Shown here one piece after another: positions 10,294 to 20,910 of a stretch of DNA of 32,919 bases. Below the pieces are notes generated by a model that was not told the origin of the DNA, did no database searches, and worked only from the letters and a program-made list of their open reading frames with translations. Made by a program: the position numbers and the translations under genes. The stretch lies in contig NC_057718.1 of assembly GCF_004010195.1 (NCBI RefSeq), positions 7,692,785-7,725,703 of the forward strand, in the 5' to 3' direction. Source of the DNA: Chiloscyllium plagiosum (Eukaryota). Every line of letters begins with the position of its first letter. Positions within the stretch are counted from its first letter, which is position 1.

Positions 10294-10499
10294 TTGGAAT
10301 CACAGATGTCCTTTAGGGAAGGAATCCAGCCTACATGTGGCAAACTCTGACCTTCCTTCTGGGCAATTAGGGTCAAGCAATAAATGCTGGCCTAACCAGT
10401 GACCTCCTCATCCTATGAATGATTCAATTAAAAGATTTACTGGAGCTTCCACTCTCTGGAGAGCTGCAGTCAGGATGAATTTGATCAAAATCAGTCAAG

Positions 10500-10640
10500 T
10501 CACCACGGTCTCAGAGGACGAGAGTGCTGCTCTTTCATTACAGAGACAGAGACAACTGTTGGTGAGGTTAACCTGGGGGTGACCATGTCTCAGGTAAGGG
10601 GCAAGGTTGAGAAGGTGGGACTTCCATGGGTATTTCAGCT
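10500..10640 (-). mobile_element. fragment of a third tRNA-derived SINE family
   Basis: Similar to 17170-17300 and to the reverse complement of 15540-15625. Confidence 0.55.
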
Positions 10641-10689
10641 GGGGTGGGACACAAGTCAGGAATGAAAGAGACACAGATTTAATGAGGGG

Positions 10690-11020
10690 TGAGCACATTG
10701 ATACTTATCCAGCTGTCACAGGTTGGGCGTAGATCGGATGTTTCCCCCCGGCTGGTGGGTCTTGAACCAGGGATCATTGTCCCAGAATAAGGGGCAAGTC
10801 ATTTCAGACTGAGCTGGGGAGGAACCCTTTCACTTGGATTGTGGTGAATCTTTGGAAATCTTCACCCCAGGCTGCTACGGAAACTCAGTGTTTGAACATG
10901 CTCAAGTCAGTAAGTTTCTGGGGGTCCAGGGCTCCAAGAGGCTATGACACTGAGGTAGAGGATCCGCCACTGTCTAATTGAACAGCAGAGCAGGCTGAAT
11001 AGCCTCCTTTTGTTCATATG
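10690..11020 (+). mobile_element. decayed CR1-type LINE 3' fragment
   Basis: ggatgtttccccc..gtggtgaatctttggaa..ggctgaatagcctcc. Confidence 0.65.
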
Positions 11021-11189
11021 GAATATGATTGGCAAAGAAACTGGAAACGATGTGAGGAAAGCTCTTTCTTAGACAGTTGTGATCCGGAATAAGAAAATCA
11101 GAAAAGGTTAAAGAAACTCAGCATGGAGAGAGAGAAACAGAGTTAATGTTTCAAATCTGCAGACCTTTCAAAACTCAAAGTTTTAATTA

Positions 11190-11838
11190 TGTTATGAGAT
11201 AATGCAATGGCGTTGAGGTGTATTTTGTCCTTAATTTAATGAAGAAAAGTTGAGACAGAGGTGCCAATCAGACTACTCAAAGCCAATACAGTAAACAGCT
11301 TGTGAGGCCTTGGATTGTTTTTAATGTTGGAACAATAGAAGCAGGCTGGATGGGTGAAGTGAAGCTGCCGCAGAACCAGGATTTATAGTTTTAGTTTTTC
11401 AGTAGCAGTTACTGGGATCTTGAAGCTGCAGTGTGTCTCTCCCTTCTATTCTCTCTCTCTCTCTCTCTCTGAGTTGTCTCTTGATGTTTATCCCCCCCAG
11501 ACTGGAGTTACATGTGAGACAATCTAATTTACTGAATCTGTCTTTGCCAAGGGTATGTGATTGGATCTTACTATACAAGAACAGTTACTGTTCAGTAGTT
11601 AAACACTGTAATCTATTATTCTTTCAAGTTCTCCAATAAAGTTATTCCAATTTTTTTCTTCTGTTGTATTTTAACTATAATGTATGAATAAAGTGTGTTT
11701 TGCTTCAAGCCTGGTAATTTGACCAATCAAATTGCATGTGGAAAGCAACACCTGGCACTTACCTTTAAAATAAGACAAAGTTAGGGTCTAGACTATTTTC
11801 TCCATATCGTTCAAGGGTGTTTGGTCTGGTCCATAACT
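11190..11838 (+). mobile_element. putative solo LTR (~650 bp)
   Basis: Begins TGTTATG and ends CATAAC(t); flanks atta/gtta; internal (CT)n tract; AATAAA at 11635 and 11687. Confidence 0.55.
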
Positions 11839-11846
11839 GTTAGGTC

Positions 11847-11932
11847 ATTCCTGATAAAGGACTTATGCACAAAACATCAATTCTCCTGCTCCTCGAATGC
11901 TACCTGACCTGCTGTGCTTTCCCAACAACATC
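11847..11932 (+). mobile_element. decayed Penelope-like family A fragment
   Basis: attcctgataaaggacttatgcacaaaacatcaattctcctgctcc..cctgacctgctgtgc. Confidence 0.55.
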
Positions 11933-12227
11933 AGTGACCCTCATCGAAACTATGTTAATTCAGCTTCACCTTTACATTTCACTGCTTCTTTCCTGGCCTC
12001 CTTCTGATTTCCTCCCGTGACTCACGGGAGCTCTTCCTTCTCAATTTTGGACACTTAACGGGTGAAAAATACTTGCTTTCACTTGACTGTGGACAGTATT
12101 GAAATTACTCAAAATGGAATGTTTAAGGCCTGTAAAATAAAGCCACTTAGCCCACCAGAATGCACTGAGCACTTAGATGAGGCCAGAGTTTTAATTTTAA
12201 CTATTGTCTCTTGCATAATCCCTGACA

Positions 12228-12480
12228 TTTGATTTGATTTGATTTATTACTGTCACTACCTAGTTACAGTGAAAAGTTTTGTTTTATGTGCAGTACAGGC
12301 AGTTCATACCTTACAAAGTGCATTTGGGTAATAGAACAGAGCGAGGAATACAATGTATGGCTGCAGAGAAGGTGCACAGAGAGCAAGATCAACATTAAAT
12401 TTAAAACTTGGGAGGATCATTCAGCAATCTGGTAATGGCAAGGAAGAAGCTGTTCTTAAACCTGTTGATATGTATGTTAG
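12228..12480 (-). mobile_element. non-LTR element 3' end with (ATCAA)n tail, clade uncertain
   Basis: tttgatttgatttgatttatt microsatellite tail next to a polyA-like signal on the minus strand. Confidence 0.45.
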
Positions 12481-12496
12481 TATGTAACATGAGACT

Positions 12497-12797
12497 CGCG
12501 GTGGCTCAGTGGTTAGCACTACTGCCTCACAGCACGAGGGTCCCAGATTCGATTCTAGCCTCGGCGACTGCCTGTGTGGAGTTTGCACATTCTCCCCGTG
12601 TCTGCGTGGGTTTGCTCCGGTTTCCTCCCATAGTCCAAAGTTGTGCAGGTCAGGTGAATTGGCCATGCTAACTTGCCCATAGTGTTAGATGCATCAGTCA
12701 GAGGGAAATGGGTCTGGGTGGGTTACTCTTCGGAGGGTCAATGTGGACTGGTTGGGCTGAAGGGCCTGTTTCCACACTGTAGGGAATCTAATCTAAT
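12497..12797 (+). mobile_element. near full-length HE1/V-SINE-type SINE
   Basis: tRNA-like head ggtggctcagtggttagcac..ttcgattc, V-domain-like ctgtgtggagtttgcacattctccccgtgtctgcgtggg, CR1-shared tail gaagggcctgtttccacactgta and (AATCT)n. Confidence 0.9.
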
Positions 12798-12974
12798 TAA
12801 ACAAATTGTCGGCTGAGTGAAATACCGTCGAGGTCATGATGGGATTTTTAGTCAGACCGTTAGCTGAGGTCCCTGGTGAAATAACCACTGTGCTTACCAA
12901 CTCTTGCCATTAATCAGGAATACTGCACTTCATTTCACCGTTAGTGTTGTGGAGGACAGAGTTAAATGAGGACA

Positions 12975-13203
12975 AGGGCAGCAGGTACATGGGGACGTCA
13001 CCCCCTGCAGGTTCCCCTCATCCTGATTTGGAAATGTATCGCCGTTCCTTCACTGTCACTGGGTTACAATCCTGCCACCCCTGCACCCAGGTGGACTGCC
13101 GTGGTACAAGAGGCAGCTTAGCCTCATCTTCTCGAGGGGCAATTAGGGATGGGCAGTCGGTTCTGGCCCAGCCAGTGCCCCCTACATCCTAGGAGTTAAT
13201 AAA
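12975..13203 (+). mobile_element. LINE 3' tail fragment (6637-7740 family)
   Basis: ttggaaatgtatcgccgttccttcactgtcactggg..gggcaattagggatgggca. Confidence 0.65.
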
Positions 13204-13372
13204 GACTTGCATTTGTATAGCGCTTTCCTCAGCCATGCCCTGTCCCAAAGCGAAGATAATGGAGTGCGGTTTTTCTTGTAATGTCAGAAATGCTGCAACC
13301 GATTTGTGCACAGCAAGTGCCTACAAACAGCTAATGCCACCCTGAGTAGAGAGTCTGTTAATTTTGATGCTG

Positions 13373-13530
13373 GGAGAAAGTGAGGACTGCAGATGCTGGA
13401 GATCAGAGCTGAAAATGTGTTGCTGGAAAAGAGCAGCAGGTCAGGCAGCATCCAAGGAGGAGGAGAATCGACGTTTCGGGCAGGAGCCCTTCTTCAGGAA
13501 TTCCTGTGCTTTTCTAGCAACCACACTCTT
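13373..13530 (-). mobile_element. Penelope-like family A terminus with truncated inverted arm
   Basis: Colinear with 5206-5334, followed by a short inverted piece (ctgtgcttttctagcaaccacactct). Confidence 0.7.
13466..13501 (-). ncRNA. minimal hammerhead motif (intact core) in a family A terminus
   Basis: Minus strand reads ATTC-CTGAAGA-A-GGGC tcct GCCC-GAA-ACGT-C-GATT; helix I has one mismatch. Confidence 0.65.
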
Positions 13531-13552
13531 TGTTCTGGGTATTAACCCTTCT

Positions 13553-13685
13553 TGAGTCCTGAGGAAGGGTTACACCTGCAACATTGACTTCTCCATCTGC
13601 TGATGCTGCCTGGCCTTGCTGTGTTCTCCCAGCCTCCTGCCTGTCTACTTTGGATTCCAGCATCTGCCATTTTTTTTGTTGTCTG
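13553..13685 (+). mobile_element. Penelope-like terminus, another subfamily
   Basis: AGTC-CTGAGGA-AGGgttacaCCT-GCAA-CATT-GACT followed by gatgctgcctggccttgctg..ttccagcatctgc. Confidence 0.55.
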
Positions 13686-13809
13686 TAACTAATTTTACAC
13701 TTGGGGTAACTCCCCAAATTTCTTCAAAGTGGTGTCTTGGGATGTTTGACAACTTGAACCTCCATCTGAAGCCTCATCAGGGCAATGATCTTCGAGTTCC
13801 TACATGGTG

Positions 13810-13950
13810 GGCAGGCTAGGTGGCTTGGCCATGGGAAATGCCAGAATAGGGTAGGTGGGTGGGTTTGGGTGAGTTCCTCTTCAGAGGGTCGGTGTGGACT
13901 TGATGGGCCGAGTGGCCTGCTTCCATGCTGTAGGGATGCTACGATTCTAT
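13810..13950 (+). mobile_element. HE1-type SINE 3' half
   Basis: ttggccatgggaaatgc..ctcttcagagggtcggtgtggacttgatgggccga..attctatg. Confidence 0.75.
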
Positions 13951-14185
13951 GGGAGAAACAGCCTTGATTTTCATGCTGCTCAGTCCTGAGGTCTCTGGGT
14001 TGTAACTTGGAGGTTAATGTGTTACCCACTGAGCGACAGCAAAGGGAAATGTAGCCATCTGGGTTTTACACCTGGGATTGTTGGGGGTGGTACTGTCGCA
14101 ATGAATGATTTGTACCAGCATCATCTCCTTCAATACCACATTCATGTTCCACAGCTTTTCCTGGGGGTCTAATCATGAATTAATT

Positions 14186-14550
14186 TAGGATATCTGGTCT
14201 GCATGAAGGAGTTGGACCGAAGGGTCTGTTTCCATGCTGTACATGTCAATGACTCTAGTCATCTGTTCCTCTGAGCTTGCTAGTGCTCTGCCATTCATTG
14301 AGAACGCCCTTGTCTTGTTATTTCTTCCAAAGTGCATCACCTCACAGTTTTCAGGGTTAAATTCCGTGTGCCACTCATCTGCCCATCTGATCAATCCGTT
14401 TAGATCATCATGTAACCTAACACCCTCTTCCTCACTACCAACCTCCCAGCCAATCCCTGTATTATGCACAAACATACTTACCATCCCTCCCACGTTCTCA
14501 TTGTCATCATTTATGTATGTCACAAATATTAAGAGATCCCATAGTGATCT
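14186..14550. mobile_element. CR1 tail (+, 14186-14256) abutting a CR1 RT fragment (-, ~14258-14550)
   Basis: Minus strand YINDDNENVGGMVSMFVHNT..DLNGLIRWADEWHTEFNPENCEVMHFGRNN is a decayed FADD region. Confidence 0.8.
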
Positions 14551-14848
14551 CTGCAGTGGATTAACGGAGTGATCTAATTGAGCTGTTTAAAGCAATTACA
14601 GGATTGGACTGAGGAAATGGAGAGACTCTTTGTCCTCAAATGCTGAAGGTCTGAACCATGTGTTCATTTCTTCACTCAAAATATTGTTTCGAACTCCCTC
14701 TCAGCAAAAGCTGCTGAGCCTGTGTCCCCGGGGTTTGGGGGGCGTGGCGATCAATTAACAATTTCAACACTCAGGTTCATAGACTTTGCCGTGCAAGGGT
14801 TTTCATGTTGAGGGATCCAAGATGGAGAAGTTGGGGGCTGAAGATGTT

Positions 14849-14943
14849 AGAGATCAGAGTTGAAGAGTGTGGCGCTGGAAAAGGTCAGGCAGCATCCGAG
14901 GAGCAGGAAAGTCGATGTTTTGGGCAAACGTTCATCAGGAATT
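14849..14943 (-). mobile_element. decayed Penelope-like family A fragment
   Basis: gagatcagagttgaagagtgtggcgctggaaaaggtcaggcagcatccgagg..ttcatcaggaat. Confidence 0.55.
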
Positions 14944-15057
14944 GATCAGCCCTTCATCCAAACTGGCTGTGGATGTAGCGAAGATTCAGATCAATTGTTA
15001 TCTGAGTGAATGATGGAATGGGCTCAAGGTATATCTTACAATCTTAACCCATCCACT

Positions 15058-15460
15058 CCATGCAAGGCACTAGTCAGACCACAAGTGGAATTCTGTAAAC
15101 AGCTTTGGGCCCTTTATCTAATGAAAGATATACTGGTCTTGGAGGTGGTCCCGATGAAGGTTAACTAGAGTGACACCAAGTATGGAAGCACAGAGGAACA
15201 AATTACTGCAGACGCTGGATTCTATGCTGAAAACAACAAATGGTGGCGATCACAGCGGGTCAGACAGAATCCATCGCGAGGGAGAGAGAGAGCAAGCTAA
15301 CATTTAGAGTCTAGATGACTTTTCAGCAGAGCTCTGATGAAGAGTTATCTGGACTCGAAACACCAATTATGGAAGGTCTGTCTTAGCAGGAGAGGGTGAG
15401 TAGATTAGGCCTGCACTCACTGGAGTTTAAAAGAATGAGAGGAGACCTTATTGAAATATA
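15058..15460 (+). mobile_element. CR1-type LINE fragment interrupted by 15189-15359
   Basis: aaggcactagtcagaccaca..agaatgagaggagaccttattgaaa. Confidence 0.7.
15189..15359. mobile_element. Penelope-like insertion, family C, with short inverted hammerhead-bearing end and 16-bp TSD, nested in a CR1
   Basis: ACACCAAGTATGGAAG (15173-15188) vs ACACCAATTATGGAAG (15360-15375), one mismatch. GCT-CTGATGA-A-GAGT..ACTC-GAAA at 15331-15360 is mirrored at ~15296-15332. Confidence 0.7.
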
Positions 15461-15462
15461 AT

Positions 15463-15625
15463 GGGGTCAGTTAGCTCAGTTGGTTGGACAGCTGGTTTGT
15501 AATGCAGCGTATGACCGATAGTGCAGGTACATTCCTACCAAGTCTCCTTCTCAACCTCTCCCCTTGCCTGAGGCATGGTGATGCTCAAGTTAAACCACCA
15601 CCAGTTATCTCTCTGACGAGAGAGG
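15463..15625 (+). mobile_element. tRNA-derived SINE 5' part (third family)
   Basis: A-box tagctcagttggt; body ctcaacctctccccttgcctgagg..gttaaaccaccaccag. Confidence 0.6.
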
Positions 15626-15626
15626 T

Positions 15627-16280
15627 AACCTTCTTCGCTGTCCACTACACCTCCAATTTTGGTGTCATCTGCAAACTAACTAACTATACCTCTTATATTC
15701 ACATCCAATCATTTATATAAATGACAAAAAGTAGTGGACCCAGCACCAATTCTTGTGCCACTCCACTGGTCACAGGCCTCCAGTCTGAAAAACAACCCTC
15801 CACCACTACCCTCTGTCTTCTATCTTTGAGCCAGTTCTGTATCCAAATGGCTAGTTCTCCCTGTATTCCGTGAGATCTAACCTTGCTAACCAGTCTCCCA
15901 TGGGGAACCTTGTTGAATGCCTTACTGAAGTCCATATAGATCATGTCCATAACTCTGCCCACATCAATCTTCTTTATAGTTCTTCAAAAAACTCAATCAA
16001 GTTTGTGAGACATGATTTCCCATGCACAAAGTCACATTGACTGTCCCTAATCAGTCCTTGCCGTTCCAAATACATGTACATCCTGTCCCTCAGGATTCCC
16101 TCCAACAACTTGCCCACCACCGAGGTCAAGCTCACTAGTCCTAACTTCCCTAACTTGTCCTTACCACCCTTCTTAAACAGTGGCACCAGTTAGCCAACCT
16201 CCAGTGTTCTGGCACCTCACCTGACTATCAATGATACAAATATCTCGGCAAGGAGCCCAGCAATCATTTCCCTAGCTTCT
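15627..16280 (-). mobile_element. CR1-type LINE reverse-transcriptase fragment (frameshifted)
   Basis: PLFKKG..VSLTSVVGKLLE..GKSCLTNLIEFFE; YMDFSKAFNKVPH..WLKDRRQRV..TSGVAQELVLGPLLFVIYIND. Confidence 0.92.
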
Positions 16281-16462
16281 AACAGATGTGGAGGAATTTC
16301 TTCTCTCAGAGAGGAGGGAATCTGTGGAATTTATTTTACAGGGCTGTTGAAGCTGGGTCATTAAGTATATCCAAGGCTGAGACAGACAGAATTTTAGTCA
16401 GGAGGGGATCAATGGTTATGGGGAAAAGGCAGGATAGTGGAGTTGAGGATTATCAAATCAGC

Positions 16463-16536
16463 CATGATCTCATCAAATAGCAACCATGACGTCATCGAAT
16501 AGCAACTGTGATGTCATCAAATAGCAGTCGTGATGT
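16463..16536 (+). repeat. 22-bp tandem repeat, ~3.4 copies
   Basis: catgatctcatcaaatagcaac / catgacgtcatcgaatagcaac / tgtgatgtcatcaaatagcagt / cgtgatgt. Confidence 0.85.
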
Positions 16537-16624
16537 GGAGGGGCCGATGTTGGACTGGGGTGGGCAAAGTTAAAAATCACTCAAAAGTACTTCCAAATAA
16601 ACCTGGTGTGTGATTTTCAACATT
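16533..16624. mobile_element. internally deleted family B inverted fragment
   Basis: tgttggactggggtgggcaaagttaaaaatcac is the reverse complement of the 7393-7426 motif, followed by aaataaacctggtgtgtgatttt. Confidence 0.55.
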
Positions 16625-17169
16625 GAATAGCAGAGCAGCCTTGATGGGCTAAATGGCCTACTTCTGCTGCTATGATCTTGCTATATCCTTCATTCCACCG
16701 CTACCTTCTGGCATAGACACTGCCTTTCCACAGGCACAGTAGGATTTGGAGGCGGGGACTGTAATGAGACTTTCAAATTGAACAATTGGGGTTTCTGAGT
16801 GCTGATTGTGGTGCAGGAGACGGAACTGCGTTCAGGCATGTTGTTGAGTTGTTGCCTGAAGGGTTTCTGTGTTTACTTTTGACCTCACTTAAATGCTTCC
16901 TTTGTTATGTAGTTCCTCAGATTCCAAGCAGATCTCATCAAACATTTCCTTTGTTGTGGAATTCCTTGAAATCTGCTGTTTCATCTTTGATGATTTCCCC
17001 AGTCTATGTGCATATATTAGAAGCTGCAAACATTGAGACTAAAGCTCATGAATACTCAGGATGTATCCAGCAGCTCTGGTGAGGGAAGCTCATTTTCCAG
17101 GTGTCAATTTACCACCCATACTTAGCAAACATTGGGCTGGCGTGGTGAGCATTTCCATGATTTGTTGTG

Positions 17170-17392
17170 GTGTCACCATTGTCTTACCAGACCATAAGGG
17201 GCTGCTCTCTTATCAGAGAGAGGCGATTGAAGGTCATTTAACCCTGGGGGTATACCAGGCTTCAGGTGAGGAAAGAGGTTGAGAAGGAGAGTCCTTCATG
17301 GTAACCTCAAACCGGTGATGGGAATTGAACCCACGCTGTTGGCATCACACTGCTCTGCAAACCAACAATCTAGCCAACTGAGCTCAACCAAT
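17170..17392 (-). mobile_element. tRNA-derived SINE (third family)
   Basis: Minus strand gagctcagttggcta..gggttcaattccc carries A/B boxes; matches 15463-15625. Confidence 0.65.
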
Positions 17393-17441
17393 TCCTTCCA
17401 TGATTTGAAAGCAAGTGTTTGTTGCGCTGGGGGATTCAATT

Positions 17442-17540
17442 AAAAAACACTCAACACCAGGCTATAGACCAACAGATGGTGTTGTGTGATTGTTAACTTT
17501 GTCTACCCCAGTCCAACACCTGCACCTCCACATCATGGCT
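17442..17540. mobile_element. internally deleted family B inverted fragment
   Basis: caacaccaggctatagaccaacag / tggtgttgtgtgattgttaactttgtctaccccagtccaacacc, as in 7246-7440. Confidence 0.6.
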
Positions 17541-17594
17541 AGTGGATTCAGACAACAAAGATCACAGGGCTCTGTGGGAGAGAGAAGGGATTGT

Positions 17595-18210
17595 GGAATG
17601 CTAGAGGAATGGAGTTTAAAAACAGGGAGATTATTCTACAGCTGTATGGGGTGTTAGTGAGGCCATACCTGGGAGTACAGCTACAGTTTTGATCTCCTTA
17701 CTTGAGAAAGGATGTCCTGGCACTGGTGGGAGTGCAAAGGAGGTTCATTAGGTGATTCTGGAGTTGAGGGGTTGGCTTATGAGGGCAGGCTGAATAGACT
17801 GGGACTATACTCATTGGAATGAGGTGGGGGGATCTTATAGAAACATAAAATTATGAAGTGAATAGTAAAGATAAAGGCAGGGAGGTTGTTTCCATCAGTG
17901 GGTGAAACTAGAACTAGGGGGCTTAGCCTCAAAATCAGGGGGAGCAGGATTTAGGACCGATTTGAGGAGGAACTCCTTCACCCAGAGGGTTGTGAATCTG
18001 TGGAATTCCCTGCCCAGTGAAGCAGCTGAGGCTACCTTCATTGAATGTTTTTAAGGTAGTGACAGATTTCTAAACAGTAAAGGAAGTAAGGGATACAGTG
18101 AGAGGGTGGGTAATTGGAGCTGAGGCCATGAAAAGGTCAGCCATGATCTTATTGAATGGCAGAGCAGGCTCGAGGGGCCAGATGATCTACTCCTGCTCTG
18201 AGTGCCTATA
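17595..18210 (+). mobile_element. CR1-type LINE 3' fragment
   Basis: gtgaggccatacctgggagtac..ccttcacccagagggttgtgaatctgtggaattccctgccc..tactcctgct. Confidence 0.85.
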
Positions 18211-18211
18211 T

Positions 18212-18455
18212 TAGAACATTACAGTGCAGTACAGGCCCTTCGGCCCTCGATGTTGCGCCGCCCTGTCATACTAATCTGAAGCCCATCCCACCTACACTAT
18301 TCCATGTACGTCCATACGCCTGCCCAATGACGACTTAAATGCACTTAAACTTGGCGAATCTACTACCGTGGCAGGCAAAGAAACTACCCCTGACATCTGT
18401 CTTATACCTATCTCCCCTCACTTTAAAGTTGTGTCCCCTCGTGTTTGCCATCCCC
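18212..18455 (-). mobile_element. CR1-type LINE 3' fragment
   Basis: acaggcccttcggccc is the reverse complement of the gggccgaagggcctgt tail. Confidence 0.75.
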
Positions 18456-19684
18456 ATGTTCTTTTGTAAAGGCAAGACAGAGGTTTACACTATCAAAAAA
18501 TGATCATCGAATGATGGAGCTGGCTGGATGGGTCAAGTGATCTCCTCAAACTCATGTTTTGTCTGATCATCTTGCTTTGAAAGTGATAGTGAAGGTCAAT
18601 CCAATTACAGTGGAGCTCTTGTTGACCTCAAGGCAAAGACAGAGTGTCCTAAGCTGTGGGATCAAAGGACATGAGGCACCAAGGGAGACCAAGCCTGAAA
18701 TAAGTGCAGCATGATTTAAGATTAGAGAATATTCTGTGGCTGTAAGGAAGAGAAACATAAAGCTTTTCTCAGTATCCTGCTCCAGTCCTACATTGCTCTG
18801 GGATCTCTACGATGACTCAAGTTCTGATCGCTTGACCATCGCTTTCATCTACTCCACTGACAACTGTGTCTTTAGCAGCTGAGGTCCAAAGTTCTGGGAC
18901 TGCACTATTTTCTGCCCCCAACGCCACTTTCAAATCCTAAGACCCTTGAATGAGCTGCTGCCTGTTGTACCTTCACCAGAAACTCTGCTATTGCTATGGC
19001 TTTCTTTTCTCAAACGAAGGTTAATTACAAATTGTCTTGTGTATGACATTTTATTTAGCGTTTATCTGGGAATCTGTGGTTTAATTATTCATCATACATA
19101 AAGAACATAGGTGCCCGTCTGTCTATAAATATTTGTGTTCAGCCTCATAAAGTAAGTTATGTTTGTAAAGCATGTTCTTACAGGCTCTGCGTTTAATCCT
19201 TTCCAGGGAAACCTGATGCCATGATAAGGGAGAATTGGAATTAGCACACAGAAGTGGAACTTGGCAGAAAATTAGGTAATGGATGATTCTAATGTGAGAC
19301 TTGTTCGTGCCTTATGAACTCGACACAATGAGGAGTGTTAACATTGGTGTAGTTGGGAGGATTCTCTGCTGCATGCTTAGATGCAAGATGTAACCTTGAG
19401 TCATGTCACACTCTCAGTCCCAGTATCAATGCAGTGCCTTCATCCAAGCAAGTGTGGTGATTTCATAATGCCCAGGAACTATCCTGTCATCTCTTCTGAC
19501 TGAGGTGTCAATCTGATGTTAATTGATTCTGTGTTGTTACTGTGTGACCATTGTGAATTTGCTTCAACAGCCCCCAAACTAAGTCTTCACGATATTAACA
19601 GGAAAAGACAGCATAGATAAAAGATAAACTATTTCCAGTGGTTGGAGATAGGGGCATTGTGTGAGAATTAGGAGCTGGACCATT

Positions 19685-20184
19685 CAAAGTACAAAGAACA
19701 AAGAAAATTTACAACTTTCGGCCCTCCAAGCCTGAGCCAATCCAAATCTACTGTCTAAACCTGTGGCCCAATTCCTAAGCATCTGTATCCCTCTGCTCCC
19801 CATGCATCTGTCCAGCCACATCTTAAATGAATCTGTCGTACCTGCCTCTTCCACCTCTGCTGGCAATGTGTTCCAGACACCCACCACCGTCTCTGTAAAG
19901 TACTTGCCGCGTGTATCCCCCTTAAACTTTTCACCTCTCACCTTGAAAGCGTGACCTCTCGTTATTGAATCCTTCACCCTGGGGATAAAGCTTGTCTCTA
20001 TCCACCCTGCCCATACCCTTCATGATTTTGTAAACCTCAATCAGGTCCCCCCTCAATCTCCTTTTGTCTAATGAAAACCTAACCTACTCAACCTCTCTTC
20101 ATAGCTAGCACCTTCCATCACCCTTGTAAACCTTCCCTGCACCCTCTCCAAAGCGTCCACATCCTGTTGGTAACGTGGCGACCA
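19685..20184 (-). mobile_element. CR1-type LINE 3' fragment inserted into a + strand CR1 fragment (~19620-20405)
   Basis: TRGHAFKVRGEKFKGDTRGKYFTETVVGVWNTLPAEVEEAG on the minus strand; host continues as DVRKYFSTQRVGKVWN on the plus strand. Confidence 0.85.
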
Positions 20185-20495
20185 GGGAAGATGTTAGGAA
20201 GTACTTCAGCACTCAAAGGGTGGGAAAGGTTTGGAACTGTCGTCTGCAGACAGCAGTAGGTGCTGGATCAGTTGTTAATTTTAAAGCTGAGATGGATGGA
20301 TACATTTTTATTAAACAAAGATATGAAAGGGATATGGACCAATGGCAGGTATATGGACTTAGGCCACACATCAACATTGATCTCATTGAATGGTACAATG
20401 GGCTCATAGAGTCCTACAGCATGGAAACAGATCCTTTGTCCCAATCCACTACACGGCGCTACCTCGTGCTCCCACAAGGAGGTTGAACAGTTCAT

Positions 20496-20570
20496 CTGAC
20501 CTGCTGTGCTGTTCCAGCAATAAAGTTTCAACTTTGATCTCCAGCATCTGCAGACCTCACTTTCTCCTCC
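20496..20570 (+). mobile_element. Penelope-like family A 3' fragment
   Basis: Nearly the exact reverse complement of 5206-5277. Confidence 0.65.
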
Positions 20571-20674
20571 CAATCCATTCACACTCAAGGGCCTGAATGG
20601 ACTCTCAAATTTGCCATTCATCCATCCAAATAAACCAGGGGAGGGTTTGTGCTTAAACGGATGTCTGCCCTGGG

Positions 20675-20910
20675 ACCGAAGGGACAACTTTTTCACGCAG
20701 AGGGTGGTACGTGTATGGAATGAGCTGCCAGAGGAAGTGGTGGAGGCTGGAAGAATTACAACATTTAAAAGACAGCTGGATGGGTATATGAATAGGAAGG
20801 GACATGGGCCAAGTGCTGGCCAATGGGAGTAGTTTAGGTTAGTAGATCTGGTCATCATGAACGAGTTGGACCGAAGGGTCTGTTTCAGTGCTGTACACCG
20901 CTATGACTCT
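20675..20910 (+). mobile_element. CR1-type LINE 3' end
   Basis: NFFTQRVVRVWNELPEEVVEAG and the ccgaagggtctgtttc..ctatgactct tail. Confidence 0.85.

Larger units (their letters stand above)
9195..10432 (+). mobile_element. tRNA-derived SINE split by a solo LTR (pieces 9195-9378 and 10294-10432)
   Basis: Both pieces are colinear with 4448-4915 and rejoin at the consensus catctggttcacta. Confidence 0.65.
16283..16678 (+). mobile_element. CR1-type LINE 3' fragment with internal 22-bp tandem repeat and family B insert
   Basis: RNFFSQRGGNLWN; tail gatgggctaaatggcctacttctgct. Confidence 0.75.

Noticed and set aside
10615..10626. kappaB-like GGGACTTCC as a possible HIVEP autoregulatory site
   Set aside because: Imperfect, single, and inside a SINE fragment.
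12497..12570. tRNA-like sequences (also 7872, 15463, 17320-17390, 23421)
   Set aside because: A/B boxes run straight into SINE bodies and lack a complete cloverleaf; these are SINE heads, not tRNA genes.
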